Assembly: GCA_965204745.1 (NCBI GenBank)
Contig: OZ242010.1
Location: forward strand, 1,120,001-1,184,000
Length of the DNA stretch: 64,000 bases
Origin: Candidatus Latescibacterota bacterium
Lineage (GTDB): Bacteria > Latescibacterota > UBA2968
Direction of reading: 5' to 3'
Under the pieces are notes generated by a model. The model saw only the letters and a program-made list of their open reading frames with translations. It searched no databases and was not told the DNA's origin. Positions 50,097-59,026 of the stretch are shown here, one piece after another; positions within the stretch are counted from its first letter, which is position 1; each line of letters starts with the position of its first letter. The position numbers were made by a program, and so were the translations under genes.

Positions 50097-51242
50097 ATGA
50101 AGATCGTGGCAATCAAGACGTTTATGGCGAGCATGGGACGGCGATCTCGTGCGCTGGTCAAGGTCGAGACCGACGAGGGTGTTTATGGCTGGGGCGAGTG
50201 TTATAGCCCCGGTCCTGATTTGGCTATCGGCCCGACGATGGATTATATTTTTGAACTGGTTAAAGGCGAGGACCCGCGGCGGATCGAGTTTATCATGCTC
50301 AAGCTGTTTCAGCAGTTTCGGTTTCCGCCCGGGGCGGTTGGTCTTTCGGCGATGTCGGGATTGGACCACGCGCTGTGGGATATCAGTGGCAAAGCCGCGG
50401 GCTTGCCGGTTTATATGTTGCTCGGCGGGGCTGTGCGCGACCGCGTTCAGGTTTATCGGAGCATCGGCGGCAAAGATGGCGCAGAAGCCGCGGATGTTGC
50501 GTGCGAGTTGAATGAGGATCACGGCATTACGGCGTTTAAGACGTCGCCGTTCCGCTTGGATCCCAGTGCGAGTCGATGGGGCCGCGTGTGTGCGACTGCG
50601 GCGGATTATTTCGAGGCGTTGCGAAAGCATTCGGACGACAACTGGGAATTTGCGTTTGATCCGCACGCCAAAATTTTTGAACCCATTCGCGCCTTGCAAC
50701 TGGCAAATGCGCTGGCCCCTTACGATCCGCTTTTTTACGAAGAACCCCTCCGCCCCGAGAACAGCGATGCGTGGGCGCGCTTGCGTTCCCAAATGCGGGT
50801 TCCGCTGGCGACGGGTGAATCCCTGTACACGAAGTTTGAATTTTTGGATTTGCTGTCGAAGCACGGGGCGGATATCATCCAGCCAGATGTTTGTATCTGC
50901 GGGGGATTGTTGGAGATGCGAAAGATCGCTGCGATAGCACAAGCCCATTACGTGACGGTGGCGCCGCACAACCCGATGGGCCCGTTGGCGACAGCGGTCA
51001 ATGTTCATTTTGCCGCCGCGACCCCCAATTTCAAAATTTTGGAATATCACCTGCCCGATGAAACCAATGCCCTGAATTGGTTGGATGAACCCTATTGGCC
51101 GGTGGATGGGTATTTGGCGTTGCGCCCAGATCGTCCCGGCCTGGGCGTGGAGGTGAATGAAGACGTCATCAAAGCCGGAGCGTACGTCCACTGGGAACGG
51201 GGAAGTACCAAAGCCCCGGATGGTTCGACAAATTACATCTGA
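50097..51242 (+). CDS. Mandelate racemase/DgoD-like enolase-superfamily dehydratase
   Basis: GWGE, ALWDI.GK....PVY.LLGG, FYEEP, ATGE, QPD, APHN. Confidence 0.9.
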   Translation: MKIVAIKTFMASMGRRSRALVKVETDEGVYGWGECYSPGPDLAIGPTMDYIFELVKGEDPRRIEFIMLKLFQQFRFPPGAVGLSAMSGLDHALWDISGKAAGLPVYMLLGGAVRDRVQVYRSIGGKDGAEAADVACELNEDHGITAFKTSPFRLDPSASRWGRVCATAADYFEALRKHSDDNWEFAFDPHAKIFEPIRALQLANALAPYDPLFYEEPLRPENSDAWARLRSQMRVPLATGESLYTKFEFLDLLSKHGADIIQPDVCICGGLLEMRKIAAIAQAHYVTVAPHNPMGPLATAVNVHFAAATPNFKILEYHLPDETNALNWLDEPYWPVDGYLALRPDRPGLGVEVNEDVIKAGAYVHWERGSTKAPDGSTNYI

Positions 51243-51301
51243 GGCACTGGGGCGGCTTTGCGGCGGAATGCGGGACTCGTCACTTTTGACAGGAGGGGAT
51301 T

Positions 51302-52087
51302 ATGACACCCGAGGAGAAATTTCTGTTCGATCTCGAAGGTTATTTGATCGTCAAAAATGTGTTGACGAAGGAGGAAGTGGATCGGTTGAACGCTGTGTCG
51401 GATGAAAAATTTGTGCGCGATTACAGCGATCCGAGCCAAGACTTGAGGGGGCGAAAAGGCCGCCGGCAAACGGGTCGCGTTTCCGCATGGTCGCCCGAAA
51501 CGCAAGCGTTGATCAATCACCCGCGCATTGTGCCCTATCTGATTGAATTGCTCGGCCCGGCATTTCGCCTCGATCACGACTATTGCATTTTTATGGTGCC
51601 AGGTGCGGCATGTGGCAATTTGCACGGCGCGCCGGGTGGGCACAGAGGTAGCCAGCGCAAGTATCTGTTTTTGGAAGGTGAGATGCTGAATGGGTTGAGT
51701 GTGGTGACATTTTTTTTGGCCGATGCCAAGGCGGGAGATGGCGGCTTTGCGTGCATTCCCGGCAGTCACAAAACGAATTTTGGGCAATGCGTTCCGCCCG
51801 AGGTGCGCCGGTTTGAGCGCGTGCCCGATTATATGGTGCAACCCGAAGTCGAGGCGGGGGACGCGCTGATTTTTACGGAAGCGCTGATGCACGGCACGAT
51901 GCCGTGGAAAGCGCGCCATGAACGGCGGGCATTTTTGTATAAGTACGCACCGGGCAATCTGGCATTTTCCAATCATTTTTACAATGCTGAGGATTATACC
52001 GATCCGTCAGATCAACTGCAGCGCATTCTCACGCCGCCATCGGCGGGGAGACGCCCGCCCGTTGTGCAATGTGCATCCGAGGAATGA
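51302..52087 (+). CDS. Phytanoyl-CoA dioxygenase family
   Basis: FLFDLEGYL, RLDHDY, LHG, IPGSHK, EALMHGT.PW. Confidence 0.85.
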   Translation: MTPEEKFLFDLEGYLIVKNVLTKEEVDRLNAVSDEKFVRDYSDPSQDLRGRKGRRQTGRVSAWSPETQALINHPRIVPYLIELLGPAFRLDHDYCIFMVPGAACGNLHGAPGGHRGSQRKYLFLEGEMLNGLSVVTFFLADAKAGDGGFACIPGSHKTNFGQCVPPEVRRFERVPDYMVQPEVEAGDALIFTEALMHGTMPWKARHERRAFLYKYAPGNLAFSNHFYNAEDYTDPSDQLQRILTPPSAGRRPPVVQCASEE

Positions 52088-52090
52088 GAA

Positions 52091-52119
52091 AAGGGTCACG
52101 GTATCGCACCGTGACCCTT
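52091..52119. terminator. Hairpin after the PhyH gene, probable terminator
   Basis: aagggtcacggt atcgc accgtgaccctt. Confidence 0.6.
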
Positions 52120-52320
52120 GCAGACTTTTGCATCGGTGAGAGTGGCATCTGGTTTTATTTGCCGATGTGGGAAAGAAGGGCTTTGTACTCCGGAGGGAAG
52201 ACCGCCCAACAAAGCGGTTTTCCTTTTTTTGTACATATCGTATAATTGGGCGGTACCGGTCAACTGACACGGCTTTTTGAACAAGGTCGCCATGGACCTC
52301 ATAGCTATTGGGAGGAAGGT

Positions 52321-53343
52321 ATGAACCGCCCCAAAACAAAATTGCAGGGCATTCAGGATTCGACGAATACAAGCACCCTTGGTAGCAATATTCCCGGACA
52401 TGCGTTGAAAACGGTTTCTCTTTTTACCGGATGCGGGGGTTCCGATAAAGGGCTGATTGACGCAGGTTGCGAGATTCTGATGGCAAACGATATTCTGGCC
52501 TATGCCAAAGAGGTCTATGAGGCCAATCTCCCCGAGACCGATTTCAAAACCGATAGCATTGAACAAATCAAAGCCTTTCCGTCAGCAGATGTTTTGGCGG
52601 GATGCTATCCTTGCCAAGGCTATTGTCAAGGCGGAGCACGCGATGCCGGGCGCAAAGTCAATAGACTTTACCGCGAATTTGATCGCGCTCTGCGAAAGAT
52701 CCGTCCCAAAGTCTTTATTGTAGAAAACGTACCTGGCATGGCGAGAAGTAACAATCGACATTTTTTGAAAGCACAACTCGTCCGTTTCCGTTTCGCTGGA
52801 TACCGCGTCAACTGGGACTTCATCAATGCCGCACAGTACGGTCTCGCACAAGAAAGACAACGGATTTTTATCGTGGGCATTCGCTCAGATTTCGGCATAA
52901 AATACGAGTTTCCAAAACCCACACACGGACCGGGATTGCAACCGGTGAAAACACAGCGAGATTTCTTAGGAGACTTAATGGAAGAATGGCCTGAAGGCGA
53001 ATTTTGCGATCAGGATTTTCATTGGTACTATCTTTCCCGTGACCGCTACCGCGGATGGGATGAACCAAGCAAAACAATACTCGCAAACGCACGCCACATG
53101 CCGTTGCACCCCATGAGTCCGCCGCTCAAAAAAATAGGAAAAGATAAATGGGTTTTCCAAGGAGACCCCCAAAAAGCCCGCAGGCTTTCGTACAAAGAAG
53201 CAGCGGCTCTTCAAGACCTCGTCGACTGGACGTTTCCAGATACGACGGGATTGATGAATAAATACAAGGTCATTGGCAATGCCGTGCCGCCGATGATCTT
53301 TCGACAAATTTTTGAAGCCCTACCGGGAGAGGTGTTCTCATGA
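52321..53343 (+). CDS. DNA (cytosine-5)-methyltransferase
   Basis: SLFTGCGG (motif I), YPCQG (IV), ENV (VI), Q.R.RIFIVG (VIII), IGNAVPP (X). Confidence 0.93.
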   Translation: MNRPKTKLQGIQDSTNTSTLGSNIPGHALKTVSLFTGCGGSDKGLIDAGCEILMANDILAYAKEVYEANLPETDFKTDSIEQIKAFPSADVLAGCYPCQGYCQGGARDAGRKVNRLYREFDRALRKIRPKVFIVENVPGMARSNNRHFLKAQLVRFRFAGYRVNWDFINAAQYGLAQERQRIFIVGIRSDFGIKYEFPKPTHGPGLQPVKTQRDFLGDLMEEWPEGEFCDQDFHWYYLSRDRYRGWDEPSKTILANARHMPLHPMSPPLKKIGKDKWVFQGDPQKARRLSYKEAAALQDLVDWTFPDTTGLMNKYKVIGNAVPPMIFRQIFEALPGEVFS

Positions 53344-54431
53344 AATTTAATACACTCAATATTGACGAGCTCGAATTTGACAAGCAAAATCCGCGTCTGC
53401 CGACTACGGTAGGTACTAAAGAAAGCGAAATTATCAAGTATTTGGCGGCAAAAACCGGCATTGAGGACTTGATGATCTCTATCGGAGAGAACGGGTTTTT
53501 CCCAGGCGAAGCCATCGTCGTAACTCCTGCTGAAGGCGACAAATACACAGTCTTGGAGGGCAATCGCAGACTGGCAGCATTGAAACTGTTGCAAGACCCG
53601 GACTTGGCGGGTAACCGCCGCAGCATTACAAGAGCGTCAGAAGATAGAAAAAATAAGCCAACCGATATTCCAGCATATATCGTCAACTCAAGGGATGATG
53701 CCCTGCAATATCTGGGTTTTCGCCATATTTCTGGGGTCCAACGATGGGATCCTTTGGCAAAGGCACGATACTTGAAATTGTTGTTCAAGCAAGCATCGGG
53801 TGAACCGGAAAAACGCTGTATCGAAGTTGCCCGTGAAATTGGTAGTAGGCGCGATGCAGTCAGGCGTAGTCTGGATGCTTTGGCGGCGTACGAAGCCATT
53901 GAGGAACGCGACTTTTTTGATATTGACGATCTAAACGAAGGAAGTTTTCGGTTTGGCACGTTCTATACGGCTATCGCAAACGTGGAAATCGCGTCATTTG
54001 TTGGCGTCAGAGAGGAAGACGGTAGCGCGACACACCCCATTGCCAATCCAAAATCCTTAAAGGAAGAACCTCTTGAAGAACTCACGGAGTGGATGTTCAA
54101 AAAAGATAGTCAGGGTTCCACACGCCTCGGCGAGTCTCGAAATATTCCCAAATTAAGTGCTGTTATAGAAAATTCTAACGCACTGGAAAAGTTCCGGCAA
54201 GGTGTGTCATTAGATAGTGCTTTTAGTGCTACAATAGATAACAGGGAGGTATTTTTACAAGATATAACCTTAGCCATAGATCATCTTGAGCAAGCAAAAG
54301 ATCATCTTAAACAAGCAAACTTGAATCTATACTCCCTATCGTCTGATGACCAAGAGGCAGTGGAGAGTGTCCAAGAAGCAATGAACATGCTTGATGACGC
54401 AATCAACCGCTTAAAGGTGGATTCACAATGA
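53340..54431 (+). CDS. ParB/Srx-like N-terminal domain protein
   Basis: D..NPRL, SI.ENGF, VLEGNRRLAALKLL, RH.SG...W. Confidence 0.8.
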   Translation: MKFNTLNIDELEFDKQNPRLPTTVGTKESEIIKYLAAKTGIEDLMISIGENGFFPGEAIVVTPAEGDKYTVLEGNRRLAALKLLQDPDLAGNRRSITRASEDRKNKPTDIPAYIVNSRDDALQYLGFRHISGVQRWDPLAKARYLKLLFKQASGEPEKRCIEVAREIGSRRDAVRRSLDALAAYEAIEERDFFDIDDLNEGSFRFGTFYTAIANVEIASFVGVREEDGSATHPIANPKSLKEEPLEELTEWMFKKDSQGSTRLGESRNIPKLSAVIENSNALEKFRQGVSLDSAFSATIDNREVFLQDITLAIDHLEQAKDHLKQANLNLYSLSSDDQEAVESVQEAMNMLDDAINRLKVDSQ

Positions 54432-55407
54432 TTGATTTTCGTTGGAGTCAAGAAATAATTGAAGATGTCGTTGATTTAGCCGACTGCATTGAGTTAGTCG
54501 TCGCATTGAAGAATGACGACTACGACGGCTACGACGGTTGTTTCACACGCGCACATTTTAACGCAGTTCAAAGTGAAATTTTTGGTGAGGATGACAATTT
54601 TTTGCAAGGCGAGGAAGTCGATGATTTTAATCGCTACTTTGAAGATGCGATGAATCTTATCAAAAACCGCGCCTTATGGTTGGGGAAAACTTATCCCTTC
54701 AGGCAAGATGATGACGAAGTGCAGTTTGCACCTCAAACGTCCAAGAAACACTATTTGTCGTATCTGTTCTTGCTAGTCTGTTCATGTCACAATCGATAAC
54801 TCGGATTCCCTCTTTGCAGTATAAGTTGAGGATAGAGTTTGAAACTCTATGCAAAGAGGCGATGCGGGCATTGTTTCCCAAGTGGGCAGAGGTTTTTCTG
54901 TTCAGTCAAAACAGCGAGGAAAGAAAAAATCTTGGGCGGTCCGTACGCAAGGCCATTCCGGCCTTGGCGAAAAAATTAAACGCCAAAGCGTACCAAAAGG
55001 AAATAGATAAACTGCCCGACACGCAACGCGAGTGTGGCATTGATTTAATTGCCATTTGTTCTTTTGATGACGAATTAGAGTATCCATTTTTCGCCTTCGC
55101 TCAATGCACAGTAAAAAAAGAAGAGTGGTGGACCAAAAAACATGAAGCCCAAAGTCGTCAGGCCTTATCGGGGTTCGTGCGGTTAGATACAGATCATACA
55201 AATTTTTTGTTGATTCCTCATTTCCCGCGCATCAACCTCACAGAATGGCGGGAAGATCGGTCACGTACCGTCAACTGCATTCTCTGTGACCGATACAGAA
55301 TATGTCGGTTGCTGGAGAAATCTAAACCATTGACATGCCAAGTTCTGCCGCGTGGTATGTATGATATTTTCCAAGAGATTCAAAAACACCTGCCAGAGCA
55401 TCACTGA
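54428..55407 (+). pseudogene. Putative PD-(D/E)XK-type nuclease split by a frameshift near 54790 (ORFs 54428-54799 and 54784-55407)
   Basis: YPF, Y.FLL.CS, then FE.LC, GIDLIA, AQC...W..K in the next frame; translationally coupled to the ParB-like gene. Confidence 0.55.
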
Positions 55408-55436
55408 CTGCTCAACTCTCCCACTCGGCTTTTAGC

Positions 55437-57965
55437 CTATTCCCCCTCCCCCCACACCCGCCCCACCGCATCGCATATCTTCTTCTCGAATCGCTCGATC
55501 AATTCCCTGCTGCCATCCACCAACACCTGCTCCGCCTCGATCTCGGCGATGATGGCTTGTTGCGTTTTAAGGGATGGAATCGGGATTTTGTAATTTTCTA
55601 TCACTGACCTCGGAACCCGTTGCAATCCGCCCGTTCCGGTCATTTTGGGCGTCGCCCATGCACGGAAGGTGGGCGTGGCTATGCACAGGAAAATCCATTC
55701 GGGAAGCGCGGTCTCCGATGGCCTCAAAACATAGAACTCGCTTGAGCCGAAGCCGATTCCATTATATAGCCCTTTAGCAATACCAGCTTTGCCGTTTTCA
55801 AAGCACGGCGTCACCTTTGCAATCAGCACATCGTCGTTCTTGAAATATGTATAACTCGTGCCGACTTCCTCTAAACGCTTACTGTCTTTGGGCGAAAAGA
55901 ACATTGTGTTTTCTCCCATATCTGACATAGGTACGAATGAAACGGTCGTTGCCTTATCAAGTTCGGCGAGTTCTGATTTTCGCGGATTTACAGTACAGGC
56001 TTTGCCTATCTCCACCACCGGCCACGTCGGGTCTATCTCAATATGCGGTCGATAGTTCTCCACAACCGCCCGCGCTCCGTCTATCACCTTCTGATAGCCC
56101 TCAATTTCCGCTACGATTTCTCGCTGTACTTCCAGCGGCGGAATAGGAAATTGGAATGAGGAGTATTGCTTGGCGTTGATGTTTGTAAGTGTGCCAGTCT
56201 TGGAATTGCTAAATATCCATTCACGCCAAGAGTCCGATTTGGTAACGTGATACACATACTCGGGAATCGCTTTGGCGGGATTGACACGGAAGCGAATCAA
56301 ATACCCAGCGTATTGATAAGTGCCCGGTAGCGTTTTGTGAATATAGGTACGACCGACCGATCCAGAGCGTGCGATGAGTAGATCGCCCGGTTCAAGAAAT
56401 CGGTCTGGTTCGACTGTCGATGGCGACACAATATCTCCTGCTTTTAGTTCTCCCTGATCTGAAATGTCAGTAATTCGCACATAGCGCACTTTGCCATCGT
56501 ATAGAACTTTGCGTGCGCCAGAACCGTATTGCGGTTTGCCTAAAATGACCTCGCCGAGCGTGATCCAATCATATTTCGTATGCCCCGTTTTGATCTCTCG
56601 ATACCGCTCCCCGCTCAAATTGTACTCCCCACCCTCCGCGATCCGCTCCTTTCCAACGACCAACCCGCGTGCTGTTGTGTACTGTATGCCTTGCTCTGCG
56701 ACTTGGGAGGCGTCCACCGGTTTGCCCGTCCGCAAACGGCTCAGGTATTCGGCGAGTTCGGCTTGCACTTGTGGCAGGTCGTTCTCTGCGATGGGGCGGC
56801 GTTGCGCGCCCAAGTCGAAGCCGTCGTTTGCCACTTTGAAAAACGCGAGGTGATCGGTCTGTCTGGCGAGAGATTTGTCCAAAATCAGGATGGAAGTCTT
56901 GACGCCGGAATAGGGTTGGAATACACCTGCCGGTAGCGAGACCACCGCCACGAGATACTCGTCAACTAGCATCTTTCGCAACTGCTTATGCGCGTTCTGG
57001 CTTTGGAAAATGATCCCCTCGGGCACGATGATGCCCGCCCGCCCATTGGCCATCAGATGCTCGGCGATGTAATCCACGAACAGCACCTCGCTGCGTTTGG
57101 ATTGCACCGAAAAACGACTGTGCGGGCGAATGCCCCCCTTCGGCGACATAAACGGCGGATTGGCGAGAATCACATCGGCGCGCTCAGCCCAACGCGCCTC
57201 GCTCGTCAGCGTATCGTATTCATGAATCTGCGGCGCGACAAAGCCGTGCAAATACATGTTCACCAGCGACAGGCGCACCATATCCGGCGAGATGTCATAC
57301 CCCTTGAAATTGACCGCGAGTGCCCCCTTGTCGTCGGGGGTCAGCGTACTGTTGCCCTTGTCGTCAGTATTGGTCTTGAGAATGTGCTTGTAGGATGAAA
57401 TCAGAAAACCAGCCGTGCCACAGGCCGGATCGAGCACGGTCTCATCCTTCTTTGGATCGAGAATGGCGACCATGAAATCGATGATATGGCGCGGGGTGCG
57501 GAACTGCCCGGCATCGCCTTGCGAACCGAGCACAGACAGCAGATACTCAAACGCATCGCCCAACCGCTCGGAGTGATCGTATTCAAACTCGTCGATCACC
57601 TTGAGGAAGGCGCGCAGGGTCTCCGGATCTCGATACGGCAAAAAGGCATTGTTGAAAATGCTACGGAACAACTGTGGAATGCCGGGATTCTCGGGCATTG
57701 TCGCAATGGCCTCTGCGTATCGGTTGAGCATATCGTAACCGCCAAGGCCGCCACGCATCAGTTTTGCCCAGCCATAATGGGCGAACTCGCCGGCGAAAAA
57801 CCCGCGCTTCCCACCCAACGCCTCGCTCTGCGCGTCGATGTCGTCCATGAACTTGTAGATCAGCGCGATAGTAATTTGCTCCACCTGACTTTTGGGATCG
57901 GGCACCTTACCGACCAAAATATCGCGCGCCGTATCAATCCTGCGCTTCGTCTCTGCGTCCAACAT
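55437..57965 (-). CDS. Type I-like N6 methyltransferase fused to a specificity subunit (HsdM-HsdS)
   Basis: GQFRTP, DPACGTAGFL, ANPPF; two TRDs each followed by IP.P.L..Q..I.AEIE. Confidence 0.9.
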   Translation of the reverse strand: MLDAETKRRIDTARDILVGKVPDPKSQVEQITIALIYKFMDDIDAQSEALGGKRGFFAGEFAHYGWAKLMRGGLGGYDMLNRYAEAIATMPENPGIPQLFRSIFNNAFLPYRDPETLRAFLKVIDEFEYDHSERLGDAFEYLLSVLGSQGDAGQFRTPRHIIDFMVAILDPKKDETVLDPACGTAGFLISSYKHILKTNTDDKGNSTLTPDDKGALAVNFKGYDISPDMVRLSLVNMYLHGFVAPQIHEYDTLTSEARWAERADVILANPPFMSPKGGIRPHSRFSVQSKRSEVLFVDYIAEHLMANGRAGIIVPEGIIFQSQNAHKQLRKMLVDEYLVAVVSLPAGVFQPYSGVKTSILILDKSLARQTDHLAFFKVANDGFDLGAQRRPIAENDLPQVQAELAEYLSRLRTGKPVDASQVAEQGIQYTTARGLVVGKERIAEGGEYNLSGERYREIKTGHTKYDWITLGEVILGKPQYGSGARKVLYDGKVRYVRITDISDQGELKAGDIVSPSTVEPDRFLEPGDLLIARSGSVGRTYIHKTLPGTYQYAGYLIRFRVNPAKAIPEYVYHVTKSDSWREWIFSNSKTGTLTNINAKQYSSFQFPIPPLEVQREIVAEIEGYQKVIDGARAVVENYRPHIEIDPTWPVVEIGKACTVNPRKSELAELDKATTVSFVPMSDMGENTMFFSPKDSKRLEEVGTSYTYFKNDDVLIAKVTPCFENGKAGIAKGLYNGIGFGSSEFYVLRPSETALPEWIFLCIATPTFRAWATPKMTGTGGLQRVPRSVIENYKIPIPSLKTQQAIIAEIEAEQVLVDGSRELIERFEKKICDAVGRVWGEGE

Positions 57966-57980
57966 AGCCTTTCCTTTTTG

Positions 57981-58497
57981 AGCCACAAAAAGCACGAGCG
58001 GGGTACAACTGGCGATAGCCAGTTCAAAGGCACAGAATGGATTTTGCCCCTTTTTGTGTTTCTGTGCCTTTTGTGGCAATTCTTCGTCTTGCGCCCTGCT
58101 CTATTCATGAGCCACGAAAAGCACGGAAAACACAGCATGAACGGGTTTTGCCCCTTTTTGTGTTTCTGTGCCTTTTGTGGCAATTCTTCGTCTTGCATCC
58201 TGCTCTATTCAGGAGTCACGAAAAGCACAGAAGGCACAGCATGAACGGGTTTTGCCCCTTTTTGTGTTTCTGTGCCTTTTGTGGCAATTTTTCGTCTTGC
58301 GCCCTGCTCTATTCATGAGCCACAAAAAGCATGGAAAACACAGCATGAACGGGTTTTGCCCCTTTTTGTGTTTCTGTGCCTTTTGTGGCAATTTTTCATC
58401 CTGCGTCCTGCTCTATTCATGAGCCACGAAAAGCATGGAAAACACAGCATGAACGGGCTTTGCCCCTTTTTGTGTTTCTGTGTCTCTTGTGGCAATT
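57981..58497. repeat. Five tandem ~104-bp imperfect-palindrome units with 9-nt internal periodicity
   Basis: Units start at 57981, 58110, 58214, 58318 and 58422: agccac.aaaagca.ggaaaacacag ... tttttgtgtttctgtgccttttgtggc. Confidence 0.92.
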
Positions 58498-58504
58498 TTG
58501 CAAG

Positions 58505-58882
58505 TCACAAAACGAGTTTTTTGACTTGGAGTTTTAACCCTCCGAAGTTGATGAGCATAGCATCGCGTTGACGAGATGCGCGGATATAGCCCAGGGTTTG
58601 CGCGATATGTTCTGGAGCCAATGTCCTGACAGCCTTAAGTTCAAGAATAAGGCAGTTTTCCACAAACAAATCGGCGAAGTAGTTGCCGAGGAGCGTACCG
58701 TCTTCATCATATACCTTGAGAGATTTTTGTTGCTCAACAGCCAAGCCAATTTTTCTCAAACGGTGGGCCATCCCATTCTCATACACCTTCTCGAGATGCC
58801 CGTTTCGAAGATAGGTATGCAATTCAAAGGCTGTTTGGCGAATCCTGTCGCATAAAGCCAGAATGCGCTCTTCATCTCTCAT
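58505..58882 (-). CDS. GxxExxY protein (PD-(D/E)XK superfamily)
   Basis: GHLEKVYE, ADLFVE..LILELKAV, H.AQ..GY, LINFG. Confidence 0.92.
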   Translation of the reverse strand: MRDEERILALCDRIRQTAFELHTYLRNGHLEKVYENGMAHRLRKIGLAVEQQKSLKVYDEDGTLLGNYFADLFVENCLILELKAVRTLAPEHIAQTLGYIRASRQRDAMLINFGGLKLQVKKLVL

Positions 58883-58946
58883 CGTTTCTCCTTTGTGTTT
58901 TGAACTGGCTATCGCCAGTGTACTTTGTGGCGTGCTTTCCTTTTTC

Positions 58947-59019
58947 AGCCACAAAAAGCATGGAAAACACAGAATGAACGGGTTTTGCCCCTTTTTGTGT
59001 TTCTGTGCCTTTTGTGGCT
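58947..59019. repeat. Sixth copy of the palindromic core on the other side of GxxExxY
   Basis: agccacaaaaagcatggaaaacacag..ggttttgcccctttttgtgtttctgtgccttttgtggct. Confidence 0.9.
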
Positions 59020-59026
59020 ATTGACT

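Noticed and set aside
49701-51191. 496-aa minus-strand ORF and similar long antisense ORFs elsewhere
   Set aside because: They lie antisense to well-supported genes in GC-rich DNA and show no motifs.
57981-58497. Possible CRISPR array
   Set aside because: The whole 104-bp unit repeats, there are no unique spacers, and no cas genes are present in the window.
58037-58571. Repetitive Cys/Phe-rich small ORFs
   Set aside because: They are translations of the DNA repeat array in several frames.
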